Part shown: positions 1-9,611 of the stretch, piece by piece
Layout: each line of letters opens with the position of its first letter
Numbering within the stretch: the stretch's first letter is position 1
NCBI GenBank assembly: GCA_963841915.1
Contig: CAWJEN010000005.1
Coordinates: forward strand, 608,001-672,000
Reading direction: 5' to 3'
Length of the DNA: 64,000 nucleotides
Source of the DNA: an uncultured Planctomycetota bacterium
GTDB taxonomy: Bacteria > Planctomycetota > Phycisphaerae > Tepidisphaerales > Tepidisphaeraceae
Notes under the pieces: generated by a model
Seen by the model: only the letters and a program-made list of their open reading frames with translations
What the model was told of the DNA's origin: nothing
Databases searched by the model: none
Program-made: the position numbers and the translations under genes

Positions 1-327
1 GACCTGATCGGTCGTCACACCGTCGACCGCCCACAAGTCGTGCAGCGGCACACCAACAAGCCCCGGCAGATTCACCGCTGCAACGAGGTGCGACTTGTCC
101 CCGGCCAACACCCCGGGCACCGCCATCGCAGATCGATCCGCCACCCAACCGACCGTCACGGCCTCGATCGCCGCCCGCACCGTCGCAGCATCCGGCAGCG
201 TGTAGGCGAAGCTGGACCGCGTCGTAAACGTCTTTCCGTCCCAGCAGGCGGCCTTAACGCCCGACCCGCCGATGTCGAGGCCGATGGTGAGCACGGCGAG
301 CTTACGCTCATGGCCTGCGGTCCGCAT
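1..327 (-). CDS. ROK family sugar kinase, truncated at window edge
   Basis: Not in the ORF track. Manual translation gives MRTAGHERKLAVLTIGLDIGGSGVKAACW...AMAVPGV...AAVNLPGL, with the ROK N-terminal DxGG motif and the PG and NL motifs. Alternative GTG start at 294. Confidence 0.7.
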   Translation of the reverse strand, partial: MRTAGHERKLAVLTIGLDIGGSGVKAACWDGKTFTTRSSFAYTLPDAATVRAAIEAVTVGWVADRSAMAVPGVLAGDKSHLVAAVNLPGLVGVPLHDLWAVDGVTTDQV

Positions 328-346
328 GAAAGATCGTGGCGACCAC

Positions 347-1492
347 TCACGCCGCGCGGTCGCTTCGCCAGGCTTGCAGGAGTGGGCGGGCGATGGTGCG
401 GGGGTGGGACAGGACCATCTTCAGGCCGCTTCGCCAATAGGCGGTGTTTGCGGGGGCAAGCCTTTGGGTTTCGGACGGCGGGGGCGGGCACAAGGACCAG
501 CCGCGGACGGCGGGTGGGGCCGACGGGCAAAGGTCGACGGCGCGGAGGACGTGCAGCTTCGGGAAGTTGACGCCCGCCGCCACGCTGCCGTCGACGCTGG
601 CCCAGTAGCGGCCGTTGACCTCAATGATTTTGGGGCTGCCGTCCCGCGCGTCGTGCCGAAGGTCGACGTGGGCCACGCCGTGCCATCTCAATGCCTTCAT
701 CAGACGTCGCGTCGCGTCGACGACGCCATCGTCGCGGACGAACTGGATCAACGAGGGCGGCCCATACGCGTACCGCGACAGGCGTGTCCGCTGAACGGTC
801 TGGGCGACGATTTCGCCGCGATCGCAGAGCACGCTGCAGTCGATGTCGTAGCCGGGCACGAGGTCCTGAGCCAGCATGGTCGACCAGTCGACGTCGCCGC
901 CCTTGCGGGCAAGCTCGGCCTCGCCACGGACAGCGAAGATGCCGCCACCGGCAAAGCCTTGCTTCGGCTTGACGAGGAACGGATAGGCGAGCGTGCCGTC
1001 GGCGAGGGCTTGCTGAGGCGTTGTGTCAGCCAGGTCGACCGTGGTCGGCATCGGCAGGGCGTGGTCGGTCAGGAACCGGCCGAACGCCCCCTTGTCGCTG
1101 ATCGTCGCCTGGGCCTGCGTCGGTGGGACAGCGGCCAGCGTGCAGCCGACGGCCTCGAGTCGCGGCTCCAACTCATCGCGGTAACCGCTCATCGCAGCCA
1201 CGGTGCCGGTCGACGTGGCGACAAGCACTCTGGCCTGAACCTGCTGTGCAAGACTGACGATGCCGTTGCGGAAGGCGGCGGTGTGCGGTTCGTGCGGGAC
1301 GACGTGCGGACGGATCGTCTCGTTGTCGTCGAAGCTCGGTTCCGGGCGTTCGCATGCGATGTGCACGTCGAGCCCCGGCACCTGGACCAGTGCCCGGGCG
1401 ACGTGGTGCGTGTTGGGCCAGTTGCCGTCGAGCAGCAGGACAGGAATGTTCGATGAAGGATTGATGCCCCGCACGCAACCTCTATCGGCCAT
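347..1492 (-). CDS. ATP-grasp domain protein (carboxylate-amine ligase-like)
   Basis: DKGAF, YPFLVKPKQGFAGGG, QDLVPG and IIEVNGR ATP-grasp motifs. Confidence 0.8.
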   Translation of the reverse strand: MADRGCVRGINPSSNIPVLLLDGNWPNTHHVARALVQVPGLDVHIACERPEPSFDDNETIRPHVVPHEPHTAAFRNGIVSLAQQVQARVLVATSTGTVAAMSGYRDELEPRLEAVGCTLAAVPPTQAQATISDKGAFGRFLTDHALPMPTTVDLADTTPQQALADGTLAYPFLVKPKQGFAGGGIFAVRGEAELARKGGDVDWSTMLAQDLVPGYDIDCSVLCDRGEIVAQTVQRTRLSRYAYGPPSLIQFVRDDGVVDATRRLMKALRWHGVAHVDLRHDARDGSPKIIEVNGRYWASVDGSVAAGVNFPKLHVLRAVDLCPSAPPAVRGWSLCPPPPSETQRLAPANTAYWRSGLKMVLSHPRTIARPLLQAWRSDRAA

Positions 1493-1549
1493 ACCGCACG
1501 CCGATGTTGCACGAATCTGACAAGCCGCGGCAAATCGTGGGACGAAGCG

Positions 1550-1840
1550 TCAACCGACTTGCGTCATCTCGTGGATCGCACGATCGGCGACCGCGCCTTC
1601 TGTTGCTTTGCCAAACGCCGCCAGGTGCGGAGCGTTCATGTGGTCTTGCCACAGCGGTCGGCTTTGCCACAGCTCGAAGAACATGAAGTGCTCAGGCCGC
1701 TCGTTGTCCTGGTGCAGGTCGTACTGAATGCAACCGGTCTCGGCCCGCGTCGTGTCGATGAGCTTCAGGCACTCGGCCTTGACGAGCTCGACCTGATCCG
1801 GGACGGCAGTGATGTGGGCGATGAGCGTCAGCGTCGGCAT
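1550..1840 (-). CDS. ABM-domain putative quinol monooxygenase
   Basis: TRAETGCIQYDLHQD...FFELWQS...HMNAPH; ATG start at 1840. Confidence 0.88.
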   Translation of the reverse strand: MPTLTLIAHITAVPDQVELVKAECLKLIDTTRAETGCIQYDLHQDNERPEHFMFFELWQSRPLWQDHMNAPHLAAFGKATEGAVADRAIHEMTQVG

Positions 1841-2033
1841 GGTCCAACGTCTTAGGCGGCGACGGCACCGGGTGCCCGGACGTGACTTCCGCCACGTGCA
1901 CCCAAGGGAGAACCACACGCGGCACGCCTGAGCAGTCGAAGACCAGTGCCGCGTTGCCGGGCGAGGTCCCTCGCCTGCGCTCGGGATGACGACGATGGGC
2001 ACGGCGACGGTCAGGCCGCACTGACAACGTTTC

Positions 2034-3146
2034 TCAACTCGCCGGGCCGCGGAACGGCTGACCCAGCTTAGCGGCATCGGAGAGCTCTGCGGTGCGGCCT
2101 TTGAGCAGCGACATGTCCATCACCTGGCGGAACCGCACGTCTTCACCCTTCATTCGGGCAAACGCCTTCTCGATGTCGGCCGGGTCGATGACCTCGACTT
2201 CCGGGCGAATGTCGTGCTCGGCACACAGCTCCAGCACTTCCTGCGTGTCGGCCACGCCACCGATGAGCGAGCCGGAAACGCTGATCCGCTGGAACACGAG
2301 GTCGGCCGGGACGATCTCAGGGAACTTGATGAAGTTACCGACGACGACGATCTGGCCGTCGGTCTTCATGAGGCCGATGTACGGCTGCAGCTCGTGCGGG
2401 TACGGAATCGTGTTGAGCAGGAAGTCGAGCGTCATGGCCGCCCCTTCGACGGCAGCCTTGTTGTTCATGTCGACGACGTCGTGGGCGCCGAGCCGCTTGA
2501 CCTCGTCAGCCTTCTCGGGCGTGGTGGTCAGTGCGACAACTTCAGCCCCGAGGGCTTTGGCGATCTGGACGGCCATGTGCCCGAGCCCGCCGATGCCCGC
2601 CACGCCGATGCGATGACCGGCCTTGAGGCCGAAGTGCTTCATCGGCTGATAGGTCGTGATGCCGGCGCACAGGATCGGTGCCGCGTGCTGACTGTCGATG
2701 GCGTCGGGAATCTTCAGGACAAACTCCTGGCGGGCGATGATGCCCGTCGAGTAGCCGCCGTAGGTGTTGGTGCCGTCGGGCTTTTTGGGGCCGTTGTAGG
2801 TGAGCGTGCAGGACCGTGGGCCTTGGCAGTATTGTTCCTGGCCTTTCTTGCAGTACTCGCACGCCTGGCAGGAGTTGACCATGCAGCCGACGCCGACGCG
2901 GTCGCCGGCCTTGAACTTCGTCACACCCGCACCGACGGCGCTGACGGTGCCGACCACTTCGTGCCCGGGAACGCAGGGCCAAACGGTGTTGCCCCAGTCG
3001 TCGTTGACCTGGTGCAGGTCGCTGTGGCAAACGCCACAGTGCGTGATGTCGACGGCGACCTCACCGGCGGCCAGGGGTTCGCGGTCGAACTGGACGGGCT
3101 CCATCGAGCCGCTCTTCTTTTGCTTGCCGTAGCCGAAGGTGTGCAT
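2034..3146 (-). CDS. Zn-dependent NAD(P) alcohol dehydrogenase (cinnamyl-ADH/YahK-like)
   Basis: CGVCHSD, GHEVVG, CxxCxxC structural Zn site, GIGGLG. Confidence 0.92.
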   Translation of the reverse strand: MHTFGYGKQKKSGSMEPVQFDREPLAAGEVAVDITHCGVCHSDLHQVNDDWGNTVWPCVPGHEVVGTVSAVGAGVTKFKAGDRVGVGCMVNSCQACEYCKKGQEQYCQGPRSCTLTYNGPKKPDGTNTYGGYSTGIIARQEFVLKIPDAIDSQHAAPILCAGITTYQPMKHFGLKAGHRIGVAGIGGLGHMAVQIAKALGAEVVALTTTPEKADEVKRLGAHDVVDMNNKAAVEGAAMTLDFLLNTIPYPHELQPYIGLMKTDGQIVVVGNFIKFPEIVPADLVFQRISVSGSLIGGVADTQEVLELCAEHDIRPEVEVIDPADIEKAFARMKGEDVRFRQVMDMSLLKGRTAELSDAAKLGQPFRGPAS

Positions 3147-3246
3147 GATTCAGCTTTAGTCGAAAGCGAGGCCATGGAACAATGCTTAAATTGCCTGCCC
3201 GGGCAAGTTTTGAACGGCAGCCACGCTCACGCAGCTACTTTCAGGC

Positions 3247-3990
3247 GTGGCGCAGACGTCGACAGCTCATCGCCCTTACCCGCTGCCTCGGCAGCCCTGG
3301 GTGATGAGCATGCGGTGGCATGACCTGCTGTTCGCTCACTGGCCCGTCAAGCCGCAGGCGTTGCAGTCTTTGCTCCCGCCGGGTTTGGAACTCGACACCT
3401 TCGACGGCGAAGCTTGGTTGGGCGTCGTGCCGTTTCGCATGAGCGGCATCCGCGGACGGTTCATGCCGCCTTTGCCGGGGGCGTCTGCGTTTCCGGAACT
3501 CAACCTGCGGACGTACGTCAAAGTCGGTGACAAGCCGGGCGTCTGGTTCTTCTCGCTCGACGCACAGCATCGTTTGGCCGTCCGCGTCGCCCGGCTGACG
3601 TTCGGCCTGCCTTACTTCGATGCCGACATGAGCTGCTCGATCGATGCGGGCACCGTCACCTACGCCAGTCACCGCACGCACAAGCGTGCCGCCCCAGCAG
3701 ATTTTCGCGGCAGCTATCGACCGGCGGGCCCGATGTTCGAGGCCAAGGCCGGCACGCTGGAGCATTGGCTCACCGAGCGCTACTGCCTCTACGCGTGCCG
3801 ACCCGGTGGCCGACTGCGGCGGGGCGACATCCATCACAACCCGTGGCCGCTTCAACCGGCCGAGGCCGACCTCGGACACAATGCGATGACCGAGCAGATC
3901 GGCGTGACGCTTCCCGACACGGCACCGTTGCTGCACTTCGCGACGTCGCTCGACGTCGTCGCCTGGTTACCGACGACACATCTGAGGTGA
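3247..3990 (+). CDS. YqjF/DUF2071 family protein
   Basis: WHDLLFAHW, FPELNLRTYV, GVWFFSLDA, LTERYCLY, IHHxPWPLQ. Confidence 0.88.
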   Translation: MAQTSTAHRPYPLPRQPWVMSMRWHDLLFAHWPVKPQALQSLLPPGLELDTFDGEAWLGVVPFRMSGIRGRFMPPLPGASAFPELNLRTYVKVGDKPGVWFFSLDAQHRLAVRVARLTFGLPYFDADMSCSIDAGTVTYASHRTHKRAAPADFRGSYRPAGPMFEAKAGTLEHWLTERYCLYACRPGGRLRRGDIHHNPWPLQPAEADLGHNAMTEQIGVTLPDTAPLLHFATSLDVVAWLPTTHLR

Positions 3991-3995
3991 AGCCG

Positions 3996-4172
3996 ATGCC
4001 GACGAAGCTGCTGTTCGTCTGCTCTCGCGCCCGTCGCCGAAGTGCGACGGCCGAGGCCATCTTCGGCCAGCTCGACGGCATCGACACCATGGACGACACG
4101 CTGATCCGGCTGCTCCGCGAGCGGGTCGGGCATCACCTGCCGCACACCCTCGGCAAAAGCGTCGGGTCGTGA
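3996..4172 (+). pseudogene. Low-molecular-weight phosphotyrosine phosphatase-like remnant with internal deletion
   Basis: LLFVCSRARRRSATAE (CX5RS P-loop) joins directly to a C-terminal-type MDDTLIRLLRERV; only 58 aa. Confidence 0.65.
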
Positions 4173-4292
4173 CACCCGCACCAGAAACCTCAAAAATGGC
4201 GTCGCTCACTCGGCGACGGCATTGCGCGAGATCGTCGAGCGCGATTTGTAGCCGGCCATGCAACTTGACAGGCATCGCGGCCTGACTGGTCC

Positions 4293-5501
4293 GTGCGCTT
4301 ACTCTTGCTGCTGGCCTCGCTCGCGTTCCCGACAGTCGCCGCCGCCCAAGCGACGCGGCCGGCTGATGACCTGCCGACGTCGAAGCTGACGAGCGGGGCA
4401 ATGGATCCGTTTGCATTTCCCGGGAATCAGACGGCGATGCGAGCGGGGAACATCGAGCTGCGCTACGAGCCGCCGACGTTTCCCGACGCGCCGAGCATGT
4501 GGGACGCGAAAGACGCTTATATCGACGCCGTCTACGCCGACGGTGAGGTCGGGCGGGAGCACCAGCGTCGTGTGGCTGACTACTTCGGGGCAATCGCCGT
4601 TCGCTATCCGATGGACGAGATGGTCGCGACGGCCCTAGGCAACCGGGCGTTCTTCCTCGACCGGCTCGACACGATGGAGGCGGACGAGCGGATCGTTGCC
4701 GAACTCGGCAGGTTTCTTGAGGCTGGCGGCACGGGCGACCACGACGCCGCCACGGTGCGGCTGCACGTCTGGCGGGCTCACCGCGACTTGGCGTTGCGAC
4801 GCTGGCGGGAACAGCACGCTGACGCCGAGACCGGCCCGCCGCTGCCGCCGCCTGATTTCGCCGACGCAATGGCCTTTGCCGAGGCGCAGCCGGACGTCGA
4901 GTTGCGTGCGGGGTGGATCTACGGCATCGCCGACGAGCTACGCAACGGCGGCTGGCTCGATGAGGCGCTTGTGATCGAGCAACGCATCCTCCGCGACTTG
5001 CTGGATACTGAAGCTGCGACAGTTGTTCAAAGCGTCCAACGCCGCGACGGTGCGGCGGGCAAGCCGTTCGAGCTGATCTTCACCGACCTGGCCACCGGCG
5101 AGCGGGTCGACGTGCAGAAGGACTTGGCCGGCAAGGTCGTGCTGGTCGACTTCTGGGGCGCGTGGTGCGGGCCCTGTGTCGGCGACCTGTCGAACCTGAA
5201 GTGGCTGCGCGAGGAGTACGCCGAGCACGGCTTCGAGATCATCGGCATCGCCACCGACGAAGCCAACGACGACAAGCTGCGCCGCGTGATGGAGGTATAC
5301 GAGGTCGATTGGCCGCAGTACTACCCCGCCGAAGATGGCGAGGACCCGTTCGCTTTTGCGCGGTCCTGGGGCGTTTACAGTTATCCAACGCACTTCATCC
5401 TCGACCGCGAGGGCAACATCGTCACCACCTCCACCGGCCGCGCTCACAAGAGCGAGCCAGTCATCCGCCGCCTGCTCGACCTTGAAGATGGGGACAAATA
5501 A
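4293..5501 (+). CDS. Secreted TlpA-like thiol-disulfide oxidoreductase
   Basis: N-terminal signal peptide; C-terminal GKVVLVDFWGAWCGPC and YPTHFILDREG. Confidence 0.85.
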   Translation: MRLLLLLASLAFPTVAAAQATRPADDLPTSKLTSGAMDPFAFPGNQTAMRAGNIELRYEPPTFPDAPSMWDAKDAYIDAVYADGEVGREHQRRVADYFGAIAVRYPMDEMVATALGNRAFFLDRLDTMEADERIVAELGRFLEAGGTGDHDAATVRLHVWRAHRDLALRRWREQHADAETGPPLPPPDFADAMAFAEAQPDVELRAGWIYGIADELRNGGWLDEALVIEQRILRDLLDTEAATVVQSVQRRDGAAGKPFELIFTDLATGERVDVQKDLAGKVVLVDFWGAWCGPCVGDLSNLKWLREEYAEHGFEIIGIATDEANDDKLRRVMEVYEVDWPQYYPAEDGEDPFAFARSWGVYSYPTHFILDREGNIVTTSTGRAHKSEPVIRRLLDLEDGDK

Positions 5502-5504
5502 ACC

Positions 5505-6683
5505 TCACTCCGCGACGATGCGCAGGATCTGGCCGTTCTCCTCGTCGGTCAGCACGTACAGGTGACCGTCGGGCCCGTTGCGGACGTCGCGAATGCGACT
5601 TGGGAACTGCAGCGTCTCCTGCTCGCCGGGTTGGCCGTTGTCGTCGAACTTGATCCGGCGGATCTGCTTCAGCACGAGCCCACCTGCGAACAGGTCGCCC
5701 TTCCACTCGGGGATCGCGTCGCCGGTGTAGAAGGCCAGACCGCTCGGTGCGATGCAGGGGGTCCAGACGATCTTCGGATCCTCGGCGTCTGGGTAGCTCG
5801 TCTCGTTGCTGATTCGCGGGCCCCAGTACTCGTAGCTGTAGGTCGCCTCGGGCCAGCCGTAGTTGCTGCCTGCTTCGATGAGGTTCAGCTCGTCACCGCC
5901 ACGAGCGCCGTGTTCGGTCGCCCACACATCACGCGTTTCGGGGTGGATGGCCAGGCCCTGGATGTTGCGGTGGCCGTAGGTGTAGATGCCGCCGTAGTTG
6001 TCGGGGTCGTCCATGAAGGGGTTGGCCGGTGCGGGCTTGCCGTGCTCGTCGAGGCGGAGCGTTTTACCGAGGTGGCTGTCAAGGTCCTGGGCGTGGAAGC
6101 GGGCGAGCTTGCCATTGACCTCGACGGGCGGGTTGCCGCCGTCACCGACGCTCATGAGCAGGGTGCCGTCGTCGAGCCACAGGATTCGGCTGCCGAAGTG
6201 CTGGTTGCCGGGCTTCTTCTCGGCGACCTCGAAGATCTGCTCGACGTCTTCAAGCTGCGTCAGGTCTTCGCTGATTTTGGCGCGGACGAGCACGGTGTGG
6301 TTCTCGTTGCGCGTGCCTGCCGCGTGGGTGAAGTAGATCCAGCGTGTCTCGCCGAACTCCGGGTGCAGGACGACATCCATCAACCCGCCCTGGCCGCGGG
6401 CGTAAACCTCGGGCACATTCTTGACCGGCGTGTCCCGCAGGTTGCCGTCGGCATCGACGATGCGCATCTGCCCACTTCGCTCGGTGACAAGCATCTCGCC
6501 ACCCGGCAGAAACGCCAGTCCCCACGGCCGATCAAGCCCGCCGGCCACTTCCTCCGTTGTCCAACCCTGAGCCGCCGGCGCCGCGGCAACGGGGTCGACA
6601 GGCCCCTCGATTTTCCCCTGTCCGTACGCCGCACCGGACAAAAAGCTCACGGACAACAACGCGTGGGTGATGTACGACTTCAT
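5505..6683 (-). CDS. PQQ-dependent sugar dehydrogenase (GSDH/YliI family)
   Basis: Signal peptide, PWGLAFLP, HFGSRI, YGHRNIQG, HGARGGDELN, NYGWP. Confidence 0.92.
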   Translation of the reverse strand: MKSYITHALLSVSFLSGAAYGQGKIEGPVDPVAAAPAAQGWTTEEVAGGLDRPWGLAFLPGGEMLVTERSGQMRIVDADGNLRDTPVKNVPEVYARGQGGLMDVVLHPEFGETRWIYFTHAAGTRNENHTVLVRAKISEDLTQLEDVEQIFEVAEKKPGNQHFGSRILWLDDGTLLMSVGDGGNPPVEVNGKLARFHAQDLDSHLGKTLRLDEHGKPAPANPFMDDPDNYGGIYTYGHRNIQGLAIHPETRDVWATEHGARGGDELNLIEAGSNYGWPEATYSYEYWGPRISNETSYPDAEDPKIVWTPCIAPSGLAFYTGDAIPEWKGDLFAGGLVLKQIRRIKFDDNGQPGEQETLQFPSRIRDVRNGPDGHLYVLTDEENGQILRIVAE

Positions 6684-6740
6684 CCCGAACGGTAGAGCCT
6701 CGTTGTTTGCGGCGTTGGTACGACCAACTGAATCATCAGC

Positions 6741-7154
6741 CTAAGGCTTCATGACGACGACCATGACTTCATCGCCGGCCTTGAGGTCGTGGGTCTCGGC
6801 GAAGTTGCCGTCGCGGACGGCGAGCGTCAGGCCGTTCTCGTGCAGGACCGCTACCGGCTCACCCGACGACACGGCGTCATACGAGTCGGCCAGCGGCATC
6901 GTTACCGTGTCGCCGTCCTTCGTCACCGTCAGCTGCCCGCCGGCGACGTAGCCCATCTCGTCGTACTCGTCAGCGGCGACGTCGAGGTAGACGTTGCCGA
7001 ACTCTTCACCGACGCCGGTGACCATCGCCGCCGTCTGTGCCTGCACCTCTGCGGTCGACATGGTCTCATCCCCGTCCGAGGCGCAGCCGGTCAGGCCCGA
7101 CAGGCCGACGATTGCGAGACTTGCCACTACAGAACTGATCAGGAGTCGTTGCAT
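6741..7154 (-). CDS. Lipoprotein resembling the C-terminal domain of SAM hydroxide adenosyltransferase (chlorinase/fluorinase family)
   Basis: Lipobox LTGC; FGNV...SYDAVSSGEP...LAVRDGNFA...LKAGDEV pattern. Confidence 0.55.
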   Translation of the reverse strand: MQRLLISSVVASLAIVGLSGLTGCASDGDETMSTAEVQAQTAAMVTGVGEEFGNVYLDVAADEYDEMGYVAGGQLTVTKDGDTVTMPLADSYDAVSSGEPVAVLHENGLTLAVRDGNFAETHDLKAGDEVMVVVMKP

Positions 7155-7183
7155 GAGCAGAACACTAGGTGTCGTCGAATGCG

Positions 7184-7669
7184 TTACTCCTCGTAGATCG
7201 AGCTGAACTCGACACCGGCGAGCTTCAGGTAGGTTGAGAGAATGCCGCGATGGTGGGCCGTGTGGGTGACGACCCACTTGCTCAGCACCTCGACCTTCTT
7301 CATCGTGAACAACTCCTGGCCGCCCATCTTCATGGTCCACGGCTGTTGGAGCGTCTCGTCCGTCGTCTGCTCGAGCGCCGCGACCGACGCAGCGAGGTTT
7401 CCATCGAACCACGCCAGCACCGCCGCCGACCCGGCCGACGCCCTTGCCTCGTCCGTCGGAGCCTCGTTGGCCAGGTCCATGCCGTCTTGTTCGAGGATGC
7501 CTTTCGTCCAGCCCGCGATGTCGGCAAGGTGGGCCGCGTTCCACGCCACCGAGTGCAACCCCTCGGCCGGTGACCACGCCATCCGGTCGTCCGGCATCCG
7601 CTCCAGCAGTCGGCGGGTCATCGCACCTTCACGCTTGAGTTCGTCTGCCATCTCGCTTGCTCTGGACAT
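7184..7669 (-). CDS. DinB family protein
   Basis: ELKREGAMTRRLLE, W.P, HLA, HTAHHRGIL..YL. Confidence 0.85.
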   Translation of the reverse strand: MSRASEMADELKREGAMTRRLLERMPDDRMAWSPAEGLHSVAWNAAHLADIAGWTKGILEQDGMDLANEAPTDEARASAGSAAVLAWFDGNLAASVAALEQTTDETLQQPWTMKMGGQELFTMKKVEVLSKWVVTHTAHHRGILSTYLKLAGVEFSSIYEE

Positions 7670-8113
7670 GGGCGCAGGATACGCAATTTTTGCACTTTGT
7701 CACACCGTCGGAAGCAACTCCCCCTGACGCGTGCACAGGGGCGACATCTTGTCCTGCGCTGCGCCGCCGCGGCCGCCGATGCGCAACGCTCGGCGCAACA
7801 TGAACCACCAACATGACCATACACACCCTCTCAAGAATACAACCAACTTACCAACAACATGGGGTTGTTGTTTGGGTTCATTGCGCTGAGGTTGTAGAGG
7901 GTTGTCAAGAAGGATAGTGGTGGGTCATGTAAACCGGGCGGCTGCATGTGGGTAAGTCGCGGAGCGAGATGCTCTGCAGCAAGACGCTACCCGCCACGGT
8001 GCTGTGCCAGATAGGGATTGTTCAGGTCGTTGCGCAACGGCATGCGACGTTTTTCGGGCCGACGCCGTCGTCCGATTTGCTTCTGCAGCCGCCTTGCCAA
8101 CAGTGGTTGCATC

Positions 8114-9232
8114 ATGGCCGACAAAAGCGTCTCTACCGACTCCCTTGCCCTGTCCACCGACGACGCCGAGTACACCGGCAAAAAGTTCAGGATCGCCATC
8201 GTCGGGTGTGGCGGCATCGCCCAGACGCACATGAAGGCCTACGCGAGCATGCCGCATGTTGAGGTCGTGGCAGGGTGCGACATCGACGAAAAGAAGCGCA
8301 AGCACTTCACCGAGACCTGGGGCGTCGACAAGACCTTTGCGAGCTGGCAGGAGATGTACGACAGCGTCGACATCGACGGCGTCAACGTCTGCACGCCCAA
8401 CTACGTCCACAGCGAGCCGGCCATCGACGCCCTCAACAGCGGCTTGCACGTTATGGTCGAAAAGCCGATGGCCATCACGCCCGCCGAGTGCCAGGCCATG
8501 GTCGACGCAGCCGAGAAGAACAACAAGCTGCTCAGCGTCGGCTTCCAGTTCCGCTTCCACCCCAAGACCGAGTACCTCAAGCGCATGGCCGATACCGGCG
8601 CATACGGCGATCTCATGTACGTCCGCTGCCAGGCGCTGCGTCGTCGCGGCATCCCCAACTGGGGCGTTTTTGGTCACAAGGACAAGCAGGGCGGCGGCCC
8701 GATGATCGACCTGGGCGTCCACATCCTCGAGTGCGCCCACTACCTCATGGGCAGCCCCAAACCCGTCGCCGCCGTCGGTAACACCTGGACCTATCACGGC
8801 GACAAGCCCGACGCGACCGTCAGCCACTGGTCCGGCTGGGATCACGAGACGTACACCGTCGAAGACCTTGCCGTCGGCCACATCCGCTTCGACAACGGAG
8901 CGGTCCTGCACATCGAAGCCTCGTTCGTCGCCCATGTGGAGAACGATGTCTGGGACATCAATTGCATGGGCAAGAAGGGCGGCTTCAACTGGCATGCGCC
9001 GGCCGTCTTTAAGGACGAGGCCGACACGATGACGAACGTCGAGCCGCACTGGCTGCCCGACACCGGCGGGTTCCAGGACGTTCACACCGCCAAGCAACGG
9101 TCGTGGATCGACTCGTGCATGAACGGCACGCCGCAAATGGCCGACGGCACGGCAGGCCTCAACATCCAGAAGATGCTCGACGGCGTCTACCGCTCCGCCG
9201 AAGCCGGTGGGGCCGAAGTGACGATCGACTAA
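8114..9232 (+). CDS. Gfo/Idh/MocA oxidoreductase
   Basis: IVGCGGIA, CTPNYVH, EKPMA, GGGPMIDLGVH. Confidence 0.92.
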   Translation: MADKSVSTDSLALSTDDAEYTGKKFRIAIVGCGGIAQTHMKAYASMPHVEVVAGCDIDEKKRKHFTETWGVDKTFASWQEMYDSVDIDGVNVCTPNYVHSEPAIDALNSGLHVMVEKPMAITPAECQAMVDAAEKNNKLLSVGFQFRFHPKTEYLKRMADTGAYGDLMYVRCQALRRRGIPNWGVFGHKDKQGGGPMIDLGVHILECAHYLMGSPKPVAAVGNTWTYHGDKPDATVSHWSGWDHETYTVEDLAVGHIRFDNGAVLHIEASFVAHVENDVWDINCMGKKGGFNWHAPAVFKDEADTMTNVEPHWLPDTGGFQDVHTAKQRSWIDSCMNGTPQMADGTAGLNIQKMLDGVYRSAEAGGAEVTID

Positions 9233-9611
9233 AGATCTCCCCCTTGCCCTGTCGACAGCCGACCGGCTCTCGATGAAGACAATCCCGATCCTGGCAGCGT
9301 CGCCGACCGACGTTGGCCAGCCCATGGCCGCAGAGGGCTCAAAGCCGTCTGCGTGCCCGACTGCGCCTTGTGAGTCAAGACAGTTCTGTGGCAGCGATCG
9401 CGGCGACGTTGCGTCGCCCTGTACACAGCTCGTTGCTATGCTAACACAGATTGAACTGCCCAATTGTGTCATGGTGTGGACTCTGAGTCGCCATCAACAC
9501 GCCAGCGTCTCTAGGCCCGTGATGCCAGGGATGGGCCGCTCCTGAAGATCGCGGCCATGTGATGAGGGCATGGGCGGGTGCAACGGGCACTTCACCTTTT
9601 CGAAGAGCTTC

